In this document: one piece after another, positions 39,843 through 50,618 of the stretch
How the letters are laid out: every line of letters starts with the position of its first letter
Numbering within the stretch: position 1 is the first letter of the stretch
Program-made: the position numbers and the translations under genes
NCBI GenBank assembly: GCA_025463875.1
Contig: JAODBI010000049.1
Location: 1 to 56,682 of the forward strand
Source: Actinomycetes bacterium
Lineage (GTDB): Bacteria; Actinomycetota; Acidimicrobiia; IMCC26256; PALSA-610
Length of the DNA: 56,682 bases
Direction: 5' to 3'
The notes under the pieces: generated by a model
The model's database searches: none
Seen by the model: only the letters and a program-made list of their open reading frames with translations
Told to the model about the DNA's origin: nothing

Positions 39843-41413
39843 GCGACGACGACATTCCCGCGGCGGCGACGGCCACCGGACCCGAGCCGCGGCGCGGTCG
39901 GACCGGCGGGCGCAGCGGGCGGCAAGCGGCCCGCCTGGCCACGCACATCGAAGCCGTACCGTTCCTGACGCGCACGCTGAAACCGCTCGACGTGGTGAGC
40001 GACGAGGGCCTCTCGATCATCGAGGAGAACGCCGACACGATCCTCGAAAGGGTCGGCGTCATCGTGCACGACTATCCCGACGCGCTCGCGCTCTATGCCG
40101 CCGCGGGCGCCGATGTCGACGGTGAGCGCGTGCGCTTCCCACGTGGGCTGTGCCGTTCCATCGTCCAGGCGACCGCACCCGCCATCTACACGCAGCACGC
40201 GCGCAACCGCGCGCACAACGTGCAGATCGGGGGCGACGCCACGGTGTTCGCGCCCAACTACGGCTCCCCCTTCGTGCACGATCTCGACGACGGCCGGCGT
40301 TACGCGACGCTCGCCGACTTCCAGAACTTCGTGAAGCTCACGTATCTGTCGCCCAACCTGCATCACTCCGGCGGGACGGTGTGCGAGCCCGTCGACATCC
40401 CCGTGAACAAGCGGCACCTCGACATGGTCTACGCGCATCTCCGCTACAGCGACAAGCCGTTCATGGGCTCGGTGACGGCCGCGGCACGCGCCGCGGACAG
40501 TGTGGAGATGGCCCGCATCGGCTTCGGTGGCGACCTCGAGGACCGCACCGCGATGACGAGCCTCATCAATGCGTCGTCGCCGCTCGTGTGGGACGCGACG
40601 ATGCTCGGCGCCGCGCACGTCTACGCGGCCGCCAACCAGGCCACCATCATCACGCCGTTCATCCTCGCCGGCGCGATGGCGCCGGTGACGACGGCCGGCG
40701 TCGCGGCGCAGACGTTGGCGGAAGCACTGGCCGGTATGGCGTTCGTGCAGCTGGTGCGACCCGGTGCGCCCGTCGTGTTCGGGTCGTTCGCGTCGTCGAT
40801 GTCGATGCAGACCGGTGCGCCGACGTTCGGTACCCCGGAACCGTCCCTCGTGCTGTACGTCGTCGGCCAGCTCGCGCGCCGTCTCGGCGTGCCCTTCCGA
40901 TCGGGCGGTTCGTTGTGCGCGTCGAAGCTGCCCGACGCCCAGGCTGCGTACGAGTCGGCCAACACACTGCAGGCCACGGTTCTCGGCGGCGTGAACTTCG
41001 TCCTGCACGCTGCGGGCTGGCTGGAAGGCGGCCTCGCGATCGGCTACGAGAAGTTCATCCTCGACGACGACCAACTGGGCATGATGGCGACGTTCGTACG
41101 CGGGGTCGACCTGTCCGAGAACGGCCAGGCGCTCGACGCCATTCTCGAGAACGGACCTGGGCAGCACTTCCTCGGGACGGCGCACACGCTCGCCAATTTC
41201 GAGAACGCCTTCTACCGGTCGACGACGGCCGACAACGCGAGCTACGAGCAGTGGCTCGAAGACGGGGGCCTCGACGCGTCGCAGCGCGCCAACGCGATCT
41301 GGAAGCGCCGGCTCGCCGAGTACGAACCGCCCGCGATCGATCCGGCCGTCGACGAGGCGCTGCGCGACTTCATCGCCCGGCGCAAGTCCGAGATGCCCGA
41401 CGAGATCGGCTGA
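39839..41413 (+). CDS. MttB-superfamily methyltransferase (non-pyrrolysine; MtgB-like)
   Basis: YGSPFV.D, GGTVCEP.D, NASSPLVWD, TPFILAGAMAPVT, PTFGTPE, SKLPDAQAAYES, HAAGWLEGGL, GPGQHFLG. No in-frame amber codon. Confidence 0.94.
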   Translation: MSDDDIPAAATATGPEPRRGRTGGRSGRQAARLATHIEAVPFLTRTLKPLDVVSDEGLSIIEENADTILERVGVIVHDYPDALALYAAAGADVDGERVRFPRGLCRSIVQATAPAIYTQHARNRAHNVQIGGDATVFAPNYGSPFVHDLDDGRRYATLADFQNFVKLTYLSPNLHHSGGTVCEPVDIPVNKRHLDMVYAHLRYSDKPFMGSVTAAARAADSVEMARIGFGGDLEDRTAMTSLINASSPLVWDATMLGAAHVYAAANQATIITPFILAGAMAPVTTAGVAAQTLAEALAGMAFVQLVRPGAPVVFGSFASSMSMQTGAPTFGTPEPSLVLYVVGQLARRLGVPFRSGGSLCASKLPDAQAAYESANTLQATVLGGVNFVLHAAGWLEGGLAIGYEKFILDDDQLGMMATFVRGVDLSENGQALDAILENGPGQHFLGTAHTLANFENAFYRSTTADNASYEQWLEDGGLDASQRANAIWKRRLAEYEPPAIDPAVDEALRDFIARRKSEMPDEIG

Positions 41414-41423
41414 GGGCTGAGGG

Positions 41424-42173
41424 ATGGCCGGAGGCACCGTGCAGTCTGTCGACCGGGCGTTCGCGGTGCTGCGCCAGGTCGCGAGCGAGCCGGGCGGCAT
41501 CAGCGAGGTCGCCCGCGCCGTCGACCTCCCGGTCAGCACGGTGGCGCGCCTGCTCGGCACCTTGGAATCGCTCGGCGCCGTGGTCCGCATCGGCGACTCG
41601 GGGACCTACGGAATCGGCTCCGGTATCCGCACCCTGGCCGAGGGTGTCAGCGCGTCGGAGACGCTCATCGCGCGCGCCCGGCCGCTGTTGACCGAGCTCG
41701 TGGGGCGCACGGGCGAGACGTCGGGCCTTTCGGTGCTCGACGGCGACGAGGTCGTGTACCTCGATCACGTCGAGAGCGAGAACGAGGTGACGCTGCGCGA
41801 CTGGACGGGTGCGCGCCTTCCATTGCACGTCGTGTCGTCCGGACTCGTCCTGCTCGCCGCACAACCGGCCTCGGTGGTCACCGCGTACCTCGCGCACCCG
41901 CCGGCGCGCTTCACGCGTCACACCATGACGCAACCAGCTCGCATCAAGCGCCGGCTCGCCACGATCCGGCGGGAAGGTCACGCGTGGACGATCGGCGAGT
42001 TCGACGAAGGCATCAGCTCCGTCGCCGCGCCCGTTGTCGACGCGCACGGCACCACGGTCGCGGCCATCCACTGCCACGGTCCGAGCTACCGCTTTCCCGG
42101 TCGCGCGACCGCCGACACGATCGCGTCGCGGGTCACCGCGATCGCGCGCGAGCTCGGTGCGCTGCTCCCATGA
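41424..42173 (+). CDS. IclR family transcriptional regulator
   Basis: VQSVDRAF..L, DLPVSTVARLL.TL, TGET, GARLPLH..SSG, SVAAPV. Confidence 0.93.
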   Translation: MAGGTVQSVDRAFAVLRQVASEPGGISEVARAVDLPVSTVARLLGTLESLGAVVRIGDSGTYGIGSGIRTLAEGVSASETLIARARPLLTELVGRTGETSGLSVLDGDEVVYLDHVESENEVTLRDWTGARLPLHVVSSGLVLLAAQPASVVTAYLAHPPARFTRHTMTQPARIKRRLATIRREGHAWTIGEFDEGISSVAAPVVDAHGTTVAAIHCHGPSYRFPGRATADTIASRVTAIARELGALLP

Positions 42174-42231
42174 GCGCACACATTCAGTCGTTAAGGTTCG
42201 GCCCGCCGCCCCTATCCCGAGGAGTGCAAGA

Positions 42232-44739
42232 GTGAGCGACCTCCCCACCGCCGCGCGAGTCGTGGTGATCGGGTCCGGCATCGTCGGCAACTCGGTGGTC
42301 GCGCACCTGGCCGAGCTCGGCTGGCGCGACATCGTGCAGTTCGACAAGGGGCCGCTCCCCAATCCCGGCGGCTCAACCGGTCACGCGTCGAACTTCATCT
42401 TTCCGGTCGATCACAACCGCGAGATGGCCGCGCTGACCCTCGACAGTCAACGGCAATACGCGGCGATGGGCGTCAACACCACGTGCGGCGGGATCGAGAT
42501 CGCGCGCAACCCGGAGCGCATGGAGGAGTTCCGGCGCCGGATGACGTCGGCCACGGCGTGGGGCGTCGACGCCGAGCTGCTGACGCCCGCCGAGGTCGCC
42601 AAGCTCGTCCCGTTCGTCAACACCGAGATCGTGCTCGGTGGCTTCTATACGCCGAGCGTCTCGGTCGTCGACTCGCTGCGCGCGGGGACGATCTTCCGCG
42701 AGCGGGCGATCGAGCTCGGTGCACTGAAGACGGTGGCCGCGGTGGAGGTGCTCGACATCGAGGTCGAGCAGGGACGCGTGCAGGCCGTCGTCACCGACCA
42801 GGGGCGCCTCGCGACCGAGTACGTGGTGGTCGCGTGCGGAGTGTGGAGCCCGCGCATCGCGGCGATGGCGGGCGCGACCATCCCGCTCACCCCGGCGGTG
42901 CACCAGATGATCGACGTCGGCCCGATCCCCGAGCTCGAGGCCACCGGCAACGAGATCGGCTTCCCGATCATCCGCGACATGGACACGTTCTGTTACGAAC
43001 GCCAGACCGGCGGCTCGATGGAGGTCGGCTCCTACGCGCACCGGCCGATCTTCCACCGCGCCGACGACATCCCGTCGATCAAGGAATCACGCCTCTCGCC
43101 CACCGAGCTGCCGTTCACCGCCGACGACTTCGACCAACAGCTCGAGGAGGCACTCGAGCTCATGCCCGACATTCTCTCGACGGCGGAGATGAAGTACGCG
43201 ATCAACGGACTCCTGTCGCTGACTCCCGACGGCTTCCCGCTCCTCGGCGAGACGGCCGAGGTGCAGAACCTCTGGTCGGCCGCCGCGGTCTGGATCAAGG
43301 AGGGTCCGGGAGTGGGTCGCATGATCGCGGAGTGGATGACGCACGGTGCGTCCGAGATCGACGCGCACCACTCCGACATCACACGCTTCTACCGGTACGC
43401 GCGCAACGATCATCACGTTCGCGCGCGCTGCGCCGAGCACTACAATAAGACGTACGGCATCGTGCACCCGCGTGAGCAGTGGGCATCGGAACGCAACATG
43501 CGCTGCGCGCCGTACCACGCGCGCACGCAGGCGCTCGGCGCGGTGTACTTCCAAGCCGGCGGGTGGGAACGCCCGCACTGGTACGAGAGCAACGCGGCGC
43601 TCGTCGAGCACTACGGCATCGAGGACCGCCCCCACGAGTGGGACGCCCGCTGGTGGTCGCCGATCATGAATGCCGAACACCTCGCGATGCGCGCGGGCGT
43701 CGGCATGATCGATCTCGCACCGTTCGTCGTCTTCGACATCAACGGCCCGGGCGCGCTCGACTACCTGCAGCACCTCACCGTGAACAACTGCAATGTCGCG
43801 GTCGGCCGTTCGATCTACACACCGTTGCTCGACCCCCGGGGCGGCTTCCGCACCGATCTCACGATCTTGCGGCTCGCCGACGACGCATTCCGGGTCGTCA
43901 CCGGTGCGTTCGACGGTCCGCGTGACGCGCACTGGTTCCGGTCGCACCTCCCGACCGGCGGCTCGGTCACCTTCGTCGACAACACCTCCGCGTACGCCAC
44001 GATCGGCGTGTGGGGACCGAAGGCGCGCGCGCTCGTGGAGTCGCTCACCTCCGACGACATCTCCGACGCCGCGCTCCCCTACGGCTCGACCGCCGAGGTG
44101 CTGATCGACTCCATCACGGTCCGCCTCTTCCGCATCTCCTACGTCGGCGAGCACGGCTGGGAGATCTACGTGCCGAGCGACAACGCGCTCGCGATCTGGG
44201 ACCGGTTGTGGGAAGCCGGACAGGCATTCGGCGTGACCGCGGTCGGTGCAGGGGTGTACGGAACGACGGGACGACTGGAGAAGGGCTATCGGCTCATGGG
44301 TGCCGAGCTCGACGGCGAGTACACGCCCGTGGAAGCCGGTCTTGCGCGGCCGAAGGTCAAGACCGCCGACTTCATCGGCAAGGACGGCTACCTCGCCGCG
44401 CGCGAGGCCGAGCCCGCGGCAGTGTTGTGCACGCTGACGGTCGAGAACCACATCTCACCCCGCGACGGGATCGCGCGCTTCATGTGCGGTTCCGAACCGA
44501 TCCTCACGCTCGACGGTGAGCGCATCGTCGACGCCAAGGGCCGGGTTTCGATCGTCACCTCGGCGGGCGCGGGCCCCTCCGTCGGCAAGTTCCTCCTGCT
44601 CGCGTATCTGCCCCCGGAGCACGCCGTCGTCGGTACCGACCTACTCGTGCGCTACATGAACGAGGACTACCCGGTGCGGGTCGCGGTGGCGGGGTCCCGA
44701 CCGTTGTTCGATCCCGACGACGCGCGCATGAAGGGCTGA
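42232..44739 (+). CDS. Dimethylglycine dehydrogenase/oxidase-like FAD- and folate-binding protein (GcvT C-terminal domain)
   Basis: VVIGSGIVG, GGSTGHAS, TPDGFPLLGE, GGWERPHWY, RISYVGEHGWE, RLEKGYR; AGGAG RBS before GTG. Confidence 0.92.
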   Translation: MSDLPTAARVVVIGSGIVGNSVVAHLAELGWRDIVQFDKGPLPNPGGSTGHASNFIFPVDHNREMAALTLDSQRQYAAMGVNTTCGGIEIARNPERMEEFRRRMTSATAWGVDAELLTPAEVAKLVPFVNTEIVLGGFYTPSVSVVDSLRAGTIFRERAIELGALKTVAAVEVLDIEVEQGRVQAVVTDQGRLATEYVVVACGVWSPRIAAMAGATIPLTPAVHQMIDVGPIPELEATGNEIGFPIIRDMDTFCYERQTGGSMEVGSYAHRPIFHRADDIPSIKESRLSPTELPFTADDFDQQLEEALELMPDILSTAEMKYAINGLLSLTPDGFPLLGETAEVQNLWSAAAVWIKEGPGVGRMIAEWMTHGASEIDAHHSDITRFYRYARNDHHVRARCAEHYNKTYGIVHPREQWASERNMRCAPYHARTQALGAVYFQAGGWERPHWYESNAALVEHYGIEDRPHEWDARWWSPIMNAEHLAMRAGVGMIDLAPFVVFDINGPGALDYLQHLTVNNCNVAVGRSIYTPLLDPRGGFRTDLTILRLADDAFRVVTGAFDGPRDAHWFRSHLPTGGSVTFVDNTSAYATIGVWGPKARALVESLTSDDISDAALPYGSTAEVLIDSITVRLFRISYVGEHGWEIYVPSDNALAIWDRLWEAGQAFGVTAVGAGVYGTTGRLEKGYRLMGAELDGEYTPVEAGLARPKVKTADFIGKDGYLAAREAEPAAVLCTLTVENHISPRDGIARFMCGSEPILTLDGERIVDAKGRVSIVTSAGAGPSVGKFLLLAYLPPEHAVVGTDLLVRYMNEDYPVRVAVAGSRPLFDPDDARMKG

Positions 44740-44747
44740 GCAGAGCA

Positions 44748-45536
44748 TTGAGCGGCTTGCGCATTCTCGTCTGCGTGAAGCGGGTCCCCGCGCCCGGCGC
44801 GCAGATCACACTGACTCCCGACGCCCGGGCCGTCGACGCGCGCAATCTGGCCTTCACGACGAGCCCCCACGAGGAGTGCGCGGTCGAAGCGGCCCTCCAG
44901 CTCGTCGAGGCGCACGGCGGCGATATCACCGTGCTTACCGTCGGGCCCCCCGAAGCCGAGGAGCAACTGCGGTTCTCCGTCTCGGTCGGCGTGCAGCACG
45001 CGGTCCTCCTCACCAACGACGAGCTGGCTGCGGGCGGGGATCTCGACCCGCAGGCGACGGCCCGCACGATCACCCGCGGCGTCCGCACGCTCGAAACCGA
45101 GGCCGCTCGGCCGTTCGACGTGCTCCTGTTCGGCAACGAGTCGGCCGACTCCGGCGGCTTCCAGGTCGGCGTGCGCGTGGCGCGGATGCTCGGCCTCCCG
45201 ATTGTCAACGGCATCAAGGGGATCGCCATCGCCGACGGCGTGCTCACCGCGCGGCGGGAGGGCGACGCCGGCTTCGAGGTGTATCGGATGCCGCTTCCGG
45301 CCGCGGTCGGCGTGAAGGAGGGCATCAACCTCCCGCGCTACCCCACCCTGCCGGGACGGCTTCGCTCGAAGAAGGCCGAAGTGCGCTCGTGGCCGTTCGT
45401 GACCGAGCCGGGCGGCCTCACGATGGTGCGCTTCGCCACGCCGACGGTCGAGCTCACCGAGACGGTGGTGCTCGGCGCGGGCGCGGGTGCGGCCGGCGCG
45501 GTCGTCGATCTTCTGGTCGAGCTGGGCATCGCATGA
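44748..45536 (+). CDS. etfB: Electron transfer flavoprotein beta subunit
   Basis: ILVCVKRVP, AVEAALQL, G.ESADS, NLPRYP. Confidence 0.92.
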   Translation: MSGLRILVCVKRVPAPGAQITLTPDARAVDARNLAFTTSPHEECAVEAALQLVEAHGGDITVLTVGPPEAEEQLRFSVSVGVQHAVLLTNDELAAGGDLDPQATARTITRGVRTLETEAARPFDVLLFGNESADSGGFQVGVRVARMLGLPIVNGIKGIAIADGVLTARREGDAGFEVYRMPLPAAVGVKEGINLPRYPTLPGRLRSKKAEVRSWPFVTEPGGLTMVRFATPTVELTETVVLGAGAGAAGAVVDLLVELGIA

Positions 45537-46504
45537 CCGGCGCGCCGCTCGTCCTGATCGACCACGACCGCGGGGTCGTCGGCGACGACACGCGCCAGGC
45601 GCTCGCATTCGCACGCGCCTGTTTCCCGGACCTTCCGATTGCGGCGGTCGTCATCGGCCGCGAACAGACCGAGCCGATCGCGGGCGCGGACACGACCTTT
45701 CATATCCGCCACACCGCGCTCGTCGACTACGCACCCGAAGCGTGGGGCGACGCGCTCCACGAGCTCGCAGTCGCGCAGTCGCCCGGTGCGATCGTCGCCA
45801 CCGGCACCGAACGCGGCAACGAGGTGCTCGCGCACGTCGCCGCGATCGCCGACCAGCCGTTCGCCTCCAACGTCATCGAGGCCGTGGCCGGAGCATCCGG
45901 AACGCCGTGGCAGATCCGGCGCCTGCGCTGGGGCGGAAGCCTGCTCGAGGACGCCACGCTCGACGCGACGCTGCCGATCATGAGCTGCGCGCTCCACGTC
46001 TTCCCGAACGAAATATCCGGTGGTCCGCCAAACGCCGACACGCCGGTCGTCGAGTTCGTCCCCACCCTCGGACCCGACGCCGGGCGCACGCGCATCGTCG
46101 ACCGGGTGCGGGTTGCGGAGGGGATCACGCTCACGACGGCTCCGGTCGTGGTGAGCGGCGGCCGGGGTGTCGGCTCCGAGGAGGGATTCGCCGCCATTGA
46201 AGCGCTCGCCGAGCTGCTAGGCGCGGCCGTCGGTTGCTCCCGGGTCGTCACCAACCAGGGATGGCGGCCGCACGCCGACCAGGTCGGCCAGACCGGCAAG
46301 CGGGTCGCGCCCGATCTTTACATTGCGTGCGGTATCTCCGGGGCAATACAACATTGGGTTGGGATGCAGGCGGCAAAGAACGTGCTGGCGATCAACACCG
46401 ATCCCGACGCGCCCATGGTCACCAAGGCCGACTACGCGGTCATCGGTGATCTGCACGAGATCGTTCCGGCGATCGTCGCCGAGATCCGCCGGCGGCGCAC
46501 GTGA
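45533..46504 (+). CDS. etfA: Electron transfer flavoprotein alpha subunit
   Basis: [38 protein letters not shown]. Confidence 0.94.
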   Translation: MTGAPLVLIDHDRGVVGDDTRQALAFARACFPDLPIAAVVIGREQTEPIAGADTTFHIRHTALVDYAPEAWGDALHELAVAQSPGAIVATGTERGNEVLAHVAAIADQPFASNVIEAVAGASGTPWQIRRLRWGGSLLEDATLDATLPIMSCALHVFPNEISGGPPNADTPVVEFVPTLGPDAGRTRIVDRVRVAEGITLTTAPVVVSGGRGVGSEEGFAAIEALAELLGAAVGCSRVVTNQGWRPHADQVGQTGKRVAPDLYIACGISGAIQHWVGMQAAKNVLAINTDPDAPMVTKADYAVIGDLHEIVPAIVAEIRRRRT

Positions 46505-47583
46505 CGACGAGCGGCACCGACACGACCACCGACGGGACGCCGCCGATCACCACGGCCGGCGCGGAAACGCCGACGATCTCGTGTCGAGGCGTATGGAAGG
46601 TGTTCGGACCCCACCCCGAACGCGTCGTCGGTTCGTCCGATGCCGAGCTCCCCCGCGCCGAGCTCGAGGCGCGCACCGGTTGCGTCGCGGCGGTGCGCGA
46701 CGTCAGCTTCGACGTCGACGCGGGCCGCGTGTTCGTCGTGATGGGTCTCTCGGGTTCGGGGAAGTCGACGCTCGTACGCTGCCTGAGCCGGCTCATCGAA
46801 CCCACCGCGGGCGATGTCCTGATCGACGGCGAGGACACCGCGCACTGTTCGGCACAGTGGCTGCGCGATCTGCGCCGCGACCGCGTGTCGATGGTCTTCC
46901 AGCACTTCGGCCTCCTCCCCCACCGGCGCGTGCTCGACAACGTCGCGTTTGGGCTCGAGGTACAAGGCAAGTCGAAGGCGGAGCGCCACGCGCGCGCCGG
47001 CGACATGCTCGACCTCGTCGGGCTCAGTGGGCTCGGCGACAGTTACCCCGACGAGCTCTCGGGCGGCATGCAGCAGCGGGTCGGGCTCGCCCGTGCCCTC
47101 GCGAACGATCCCGAGATCCTGCTCTTCGACGAACCGTTCTCCGCGCTCGACCCGCTCATCCGCCGCGACATGCAGGACGAGGTCGCTCGCCTCCAGCGCG
47201 AGCTCAAGAAGACCGTGGTGTTCATCACCCACGACCTCCAGGAGGCGCTCAAGCTCGGTGATGAGATCGCGATCATGCGCGACGGCCGCTTCGTCCAGGT
47301 CGGCACACCCGAAGGCGTCGTCGCGCATCCCGTCGACGACTACGTGCGCGACTTCGTACGCGACGTCCCGCGCGAGCACGTGCTGACGGCAGGCGGCATC
47401 ATGCGCGCACCGGTCGACAACGAGGAGACCGCAGGCACCGTCACGGAAACCACGTTGGTCAGCGACCTGCTCCCGATCGTCGTCGCGAGCGACCACCCGA
47501 TCGCCGTGCTCGACGGCGACGGCCGCGTGTGCGGCTCGGTCGACCGCCTGATCGTGCTGCGCGCGCTCGCGGAAGATGACTAG
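46501..47583 (+). CDS. Glycine betaine/choline ABC transporter ATP-binding subunit (ProV/OpuAA-like)
   Basis: [46 protein letters not shown]. Confidence 0.95.
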   Translation: MTTSGTDTTTDGTPPITTAGAETPTISCRGVWKVFGPHPERVVGSSDAELPRAELEARTGCVAAVRDVSFDVDAGRVFVVMGLSGSGKSTLVRCLSRLIEPTAGDVLIDGEDTAHCSAQWLRDLRRDRVSMVFQHFGLLPHRRVLDNVAFGLEVQGKSKAERHARAGDMLDLVGLSGLGDSYPDELSGGMQQRVGLARALANDPEILLFDEPFSALDPLIRRDMQDEVARLQRELKKTVVFITHDLQEALKLGDEIAIMRDGRFVQVGTPEGVVAHPVDDYVRDFVRDVPREHVLTAGGIMRAPVDNEETAGTVTETTLVSDLLPIVVASDHPIAVLDGDGRVCGSVDRLIVLRALAEDD

Positions 47584-49597
47584 CCCTCGGTCGCTGCTCG
47601 TACGACTCGCGGTCCCGACCGCGGTGATCGCCGCATTCGCAGTGCTCCTCGCCGGGGTATGGGGCAATCCGATCGCGACGTGGTGGAACTTCCGGATCGG
47701 TCCGTGGATCGACAGCGTCGAGGAATGGATAATCCTGCACCGCGGCAACCATTGGCTGTTCCGCTGGGGCTTCGAGCCGATCGCACGATGGCTCCACAAC
47801 CTCGTGCAATGGGACCTCAACGCGCTGCACTTCATCACGTGGCCGGGGCTCATCACGCTGGTGGTCGTGGTCGCGGCACGCGTCTCGGGCATCCGGGCCG
47901 CGTTGACCGCGGGCGTTGCGGTGTTCGTGATCGGCGGGCTCGGCGTGTGGGAGCCCGCGATGGTCACCGTCGCGCTGATGCTGGTATCGGTCGCGATCGT
48001 CCTCGCGCTCGGTCTTCCGCTCGGAATCCTGAGCGCGCGGCGCCCGGCGTTCGAACGACGTACCCGCGTCGTCCTCGACGCGATGCAGGTGATGCCCGCG
48101 TTCTGCTACCTGCTCCCGTGCGTGCTCTTGTTCGACATCGGCTATCCCCCGGCCGTCGTCGCCACCGTGATCTTCGCACTGCCCGCCGCGATCCGGCTCA
48201 CCTCGCACGGACTCCGCGGTGTGCCCGACCGGCTGATGGAGGTCGGCACCGCGCACGGCGCAACTCCGCGCCAGTCGCTGTTGAAGATCCAGCTCCCGGT
48301 GGCGCGCCCCGCGTTGCTGCTCGGCATCAACCAGACCATCAACCTCGCGCTCGGCATCGTCGTCATCGCCGCGCTGGTCGGCGCCGAGGGCCTCGGCCAG
48401 GAGGTGCTCGCCGGTCTCCAACACCTCGACGTCGGTCAGGCCTTCGACGCGGGTCTCGCGATCGTGGCCGTCGCGATCGTGCTCGACCGCCTCACCGCGG
48501 GCCGGCCCCTGCGCGCCGCCCGCAAGTTTCGGCGCGACCGCACGCCGGAACGGGCGCGCATCGAGTTGCTCGCGGGCGTGGGAGCCGTCGTCATCGCGAT
48601 CATCGTCGGCAAGCTCTGGTCGTCGGGCGCGTTCCCGACCTCGATCGACTTCTCGTTGCACGATCCCGTCAACCGGCTCGTGGCGTGGTGCCGCGACAAT
48701 CTCCGTAACGGCGTACCGATCATCGGCGGCACCGGTTCGATCAGCGACTTCACGGTCATCCACCTTCTCGATCCGATCCGTGACTTCCTGACCCAGCGCA
48801 CATGGTGGGAGGTCATCTGCGGGGTGACCGCGTTGGCGTGGATCACCGCGGGTCGGCGGGTCGCCGCCGCGTGCGCGATCGCATTGCTCGTGGTGACCGG
48901 CCTGCACGCCGACGGCTCCGCGGGCGGCAGCATCTGGGTCGACACGATGGACACCCTGAGCCAGGTGCTCGTCGCGGTCGTGATCTCGATGGTCATCGCG
49001 CTGCCGATCGGCATCTGGGCCGGCATCAGCGAGCGCTTCTATGCGGCCATCCGACCACTGCTCGACGCCATGCAGGTCATGCCCGCGTTCGTCTACCTCG
49101 TCCCCGTGATCGGCCTCTTCAGCGTCGGGCGCGTGCCGGGCATCATCGCGTCGGTGGTCTACGCGCTGCCGCCGGGTATCCGCCTCACCGCGCTCGGCAT
49201 CCGCGAGGTGCCACCCGAGACGATCGAGGCTGCGCGTTCGAGCGGCGCGACCAAGTTCCAGATCCTCACCAAAGTGCAGCTGCCGCTCGCGTTGCGGTCG
49301 ATCATGCTCGGCCTCAACCAGACCATCCTCATGGTGCTCTCCGTGGTCGTCATCGCGGGGCTCGTCGGAGGCGGAGCACTGGGCGTCGATGTCGTCTACG
49401 GTCTCACCAAGAGCGAGCTCGGCCTCGGCGTCGAGGCGGGAATCGCGATCGTCGCGCTCGCCGTCGTGCTCGATCGAATGACCCAGGCGTGGGCGGCGGG
49501 CGTGCGGGGCGTCGCCGGAAGCACCAGACTGCGCACACCTCCCCGAGTTATTCGTGTCGGCAAGACCAAACTTCTCGATCAACTGGAGACAGCATGA
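47576..49597 (+). CDS. Betaine ABC permease with two fused ProW-like domains
   Basis: Duplicated [22 protein letters not shown] and K.QLP.A...G.NQTI motifs. Confidence 0.93.
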   Translation: MTSPRSLLVRLAVPTAVIAAFAVLLAGVWGNPIATWWNFRIGPWIDSVEEWIILHRGNHWLFRWGFEPIARWLHNLVQWDLNALHFITWPGLITLVVVVAARVSGIRAALTAGVAVFVIGGLGVWEPAMVTVALMLVSVAIVLALGLPLGILSARRPAFERRTRVVLDAMQVMPAFCYLLPCVLLFDIGYPPAVVATVIFALPAAIRLTSHGLRGVPDRLMEVGTAHGATPRQSLLKIQLPVARPALLLGINQTINLALGIVVIAALVGAEGLGQEVLAGLQHLDVGQAFDAGLAIVAVAIVLDRLTAGRPLRAARKFRRDRTPERARIELLAGVGAVVIAIIVGKLWSSGAFPTSIDFSLHDPVNRLVAWCRDNLRNGVPIIGGTGSISDFTVIHLLDPIRDFLTQRTWWEVICGVTALAWITAGRRVAAACAIALLVVTGLHADGSAGGSIWVDTMDTLSQVLVAVVISMVIALPIGIWAGISERFYAAIRPLLDAMQVMPAFVYLVPVIGLFSVGRVPGIIASVVYALPPGIRLTALGIREVPPETIEAARSSGATKFQILTKVQLPLALRSIMLGLNQTILMVLSVVVIAGLVGGGALGVDVVYGLTKSELGLGVEAGIAIVALAVVLDRMTQAWAAGVRGVAGSTRLRTPPRVIRVGKTKLLDQLETA

Positions 49598-50595
49598 AAC
49601 GCAGCAGGCGGCTGATTCTCGGCACCGTCGTGCTCGCATTCGCGTTGAGCGCGTGCGGGAGCAGCTCGAAGCCCAGCTCGAGCGGCACGACCACAACCAC
49701 CGGCGGCGGTGGCGCCAAGAAGTTCAGCGGATCGATCACCCTCGCGGTCAACCCGTGGGACGGTTCTGCTGCCAACGCGGCCGTCGCGAAGGTCATCCTC
49801 GAAAAGCAGGGGATGACGGTGAAGACGAAGGACATCGACGAGAACGCGGTGTGGGCCGCGCTCGACTCGGGCACCATCGACGCGAACCTCGAAGTGTGGC
49901 CGTCGGGTCACGCCAAGGACATCGAGACCTACATCACCACGAAGAAGTCGGTGATCGACGGCGGCCTCATCGGCCCGACCGGTCACATCGGCTGGTTCAT
50001 CCCGAAGTTCGTGGCCGACGCGCATCCCGAGTACAAGACATGGGACGGCCTCAAGACGGCCGCGGCCGCGAAGTACTTCGCCACCGCCGAGACCGGCGAC
50101 AAGGGTCAGTTCCTGCTCGGCGATCCCAGCTATGTGAGCTACGACGCCGACATCATCAAGAATCTGAACCTGCCGTTCAAGGTCGTCACCGGCGGCGGCG
50201 AGGCCGCGCTCATCACCGGCATCGACACCGCGTTCAAGGACCAGAAGCCCCTGCTCTTCTACTTCTACACACCGCAGTGGGCGAACGCGAAGTACGACCT
50301 CGTCACCGTCAAGCTGCCCGACATCACGCCCGCGTGCACCGCATCGGCGGCCGGGCAGGGCAAGGACGGCAAGTACTCCTGCGACTACCCGACTGATCAC
50401 CTCATGAAGGCGATCAGTGCGAAGTTGCAGTCGAAGAACGCGAATGCGTTCTCGTTCCTCGAGAAGATGAAGTGGACCGACAACGACCAGAACACCGTCA
50501 CGAAGTACAAGAACGAGGACGGCATGACGATCGACGCGGCGGCCCAGAAGTGGGTCGACGCCAACCCGACGGTCTGGCAGGCGTGGCTCTCCTGA
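49594..50595 (+). CDS. Betaine/choline ABC substrate-binding lipoprotein (ProX/OpuAC-like)
   Basis: Lipobox LSAC, NPW, LEVWP, GWFIP, FYFYTPQW. Confidence 0.92.
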   Translation: MKRSRRLILGTVVLAFALSACGSSSKPSSSGTTTTTGGGGAKKFSGSITLAVNPWDGSAANAAVAKVILEKQGMTVKTKDIDENAVWAALDSGTIDANLEVWPSGHAKDIETYITTKKSVIDGGLIGPTGHIGWFIPKFVADAHPEYKTWDGLKTAAAAKYFATAETGDKGQFLLGDPSYVSYDADIIKNLNLPFKVVTGGGEAALITGIDTAFKDQKPLLFYFYTPQWANAKYDLVTVKLPDITPACTASAAGQGKDGKYSCDYPTDHLMKAISAKLQSKNANAFSFLEKMKWTDNDQNTVTKYKNEDGMTIDAAAQKWVDANPTVWQAWLS

Positions 50596-50618
50596 TCTGA
50601 CGCCTGATCTCCAGACAC

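Noticed and set aside
39839-41413. Pyrrolysine-containing trimethylamine methyltransferase
   Set aside because: The ORF has no in-frame TAG and there are no pyl genes in the window.
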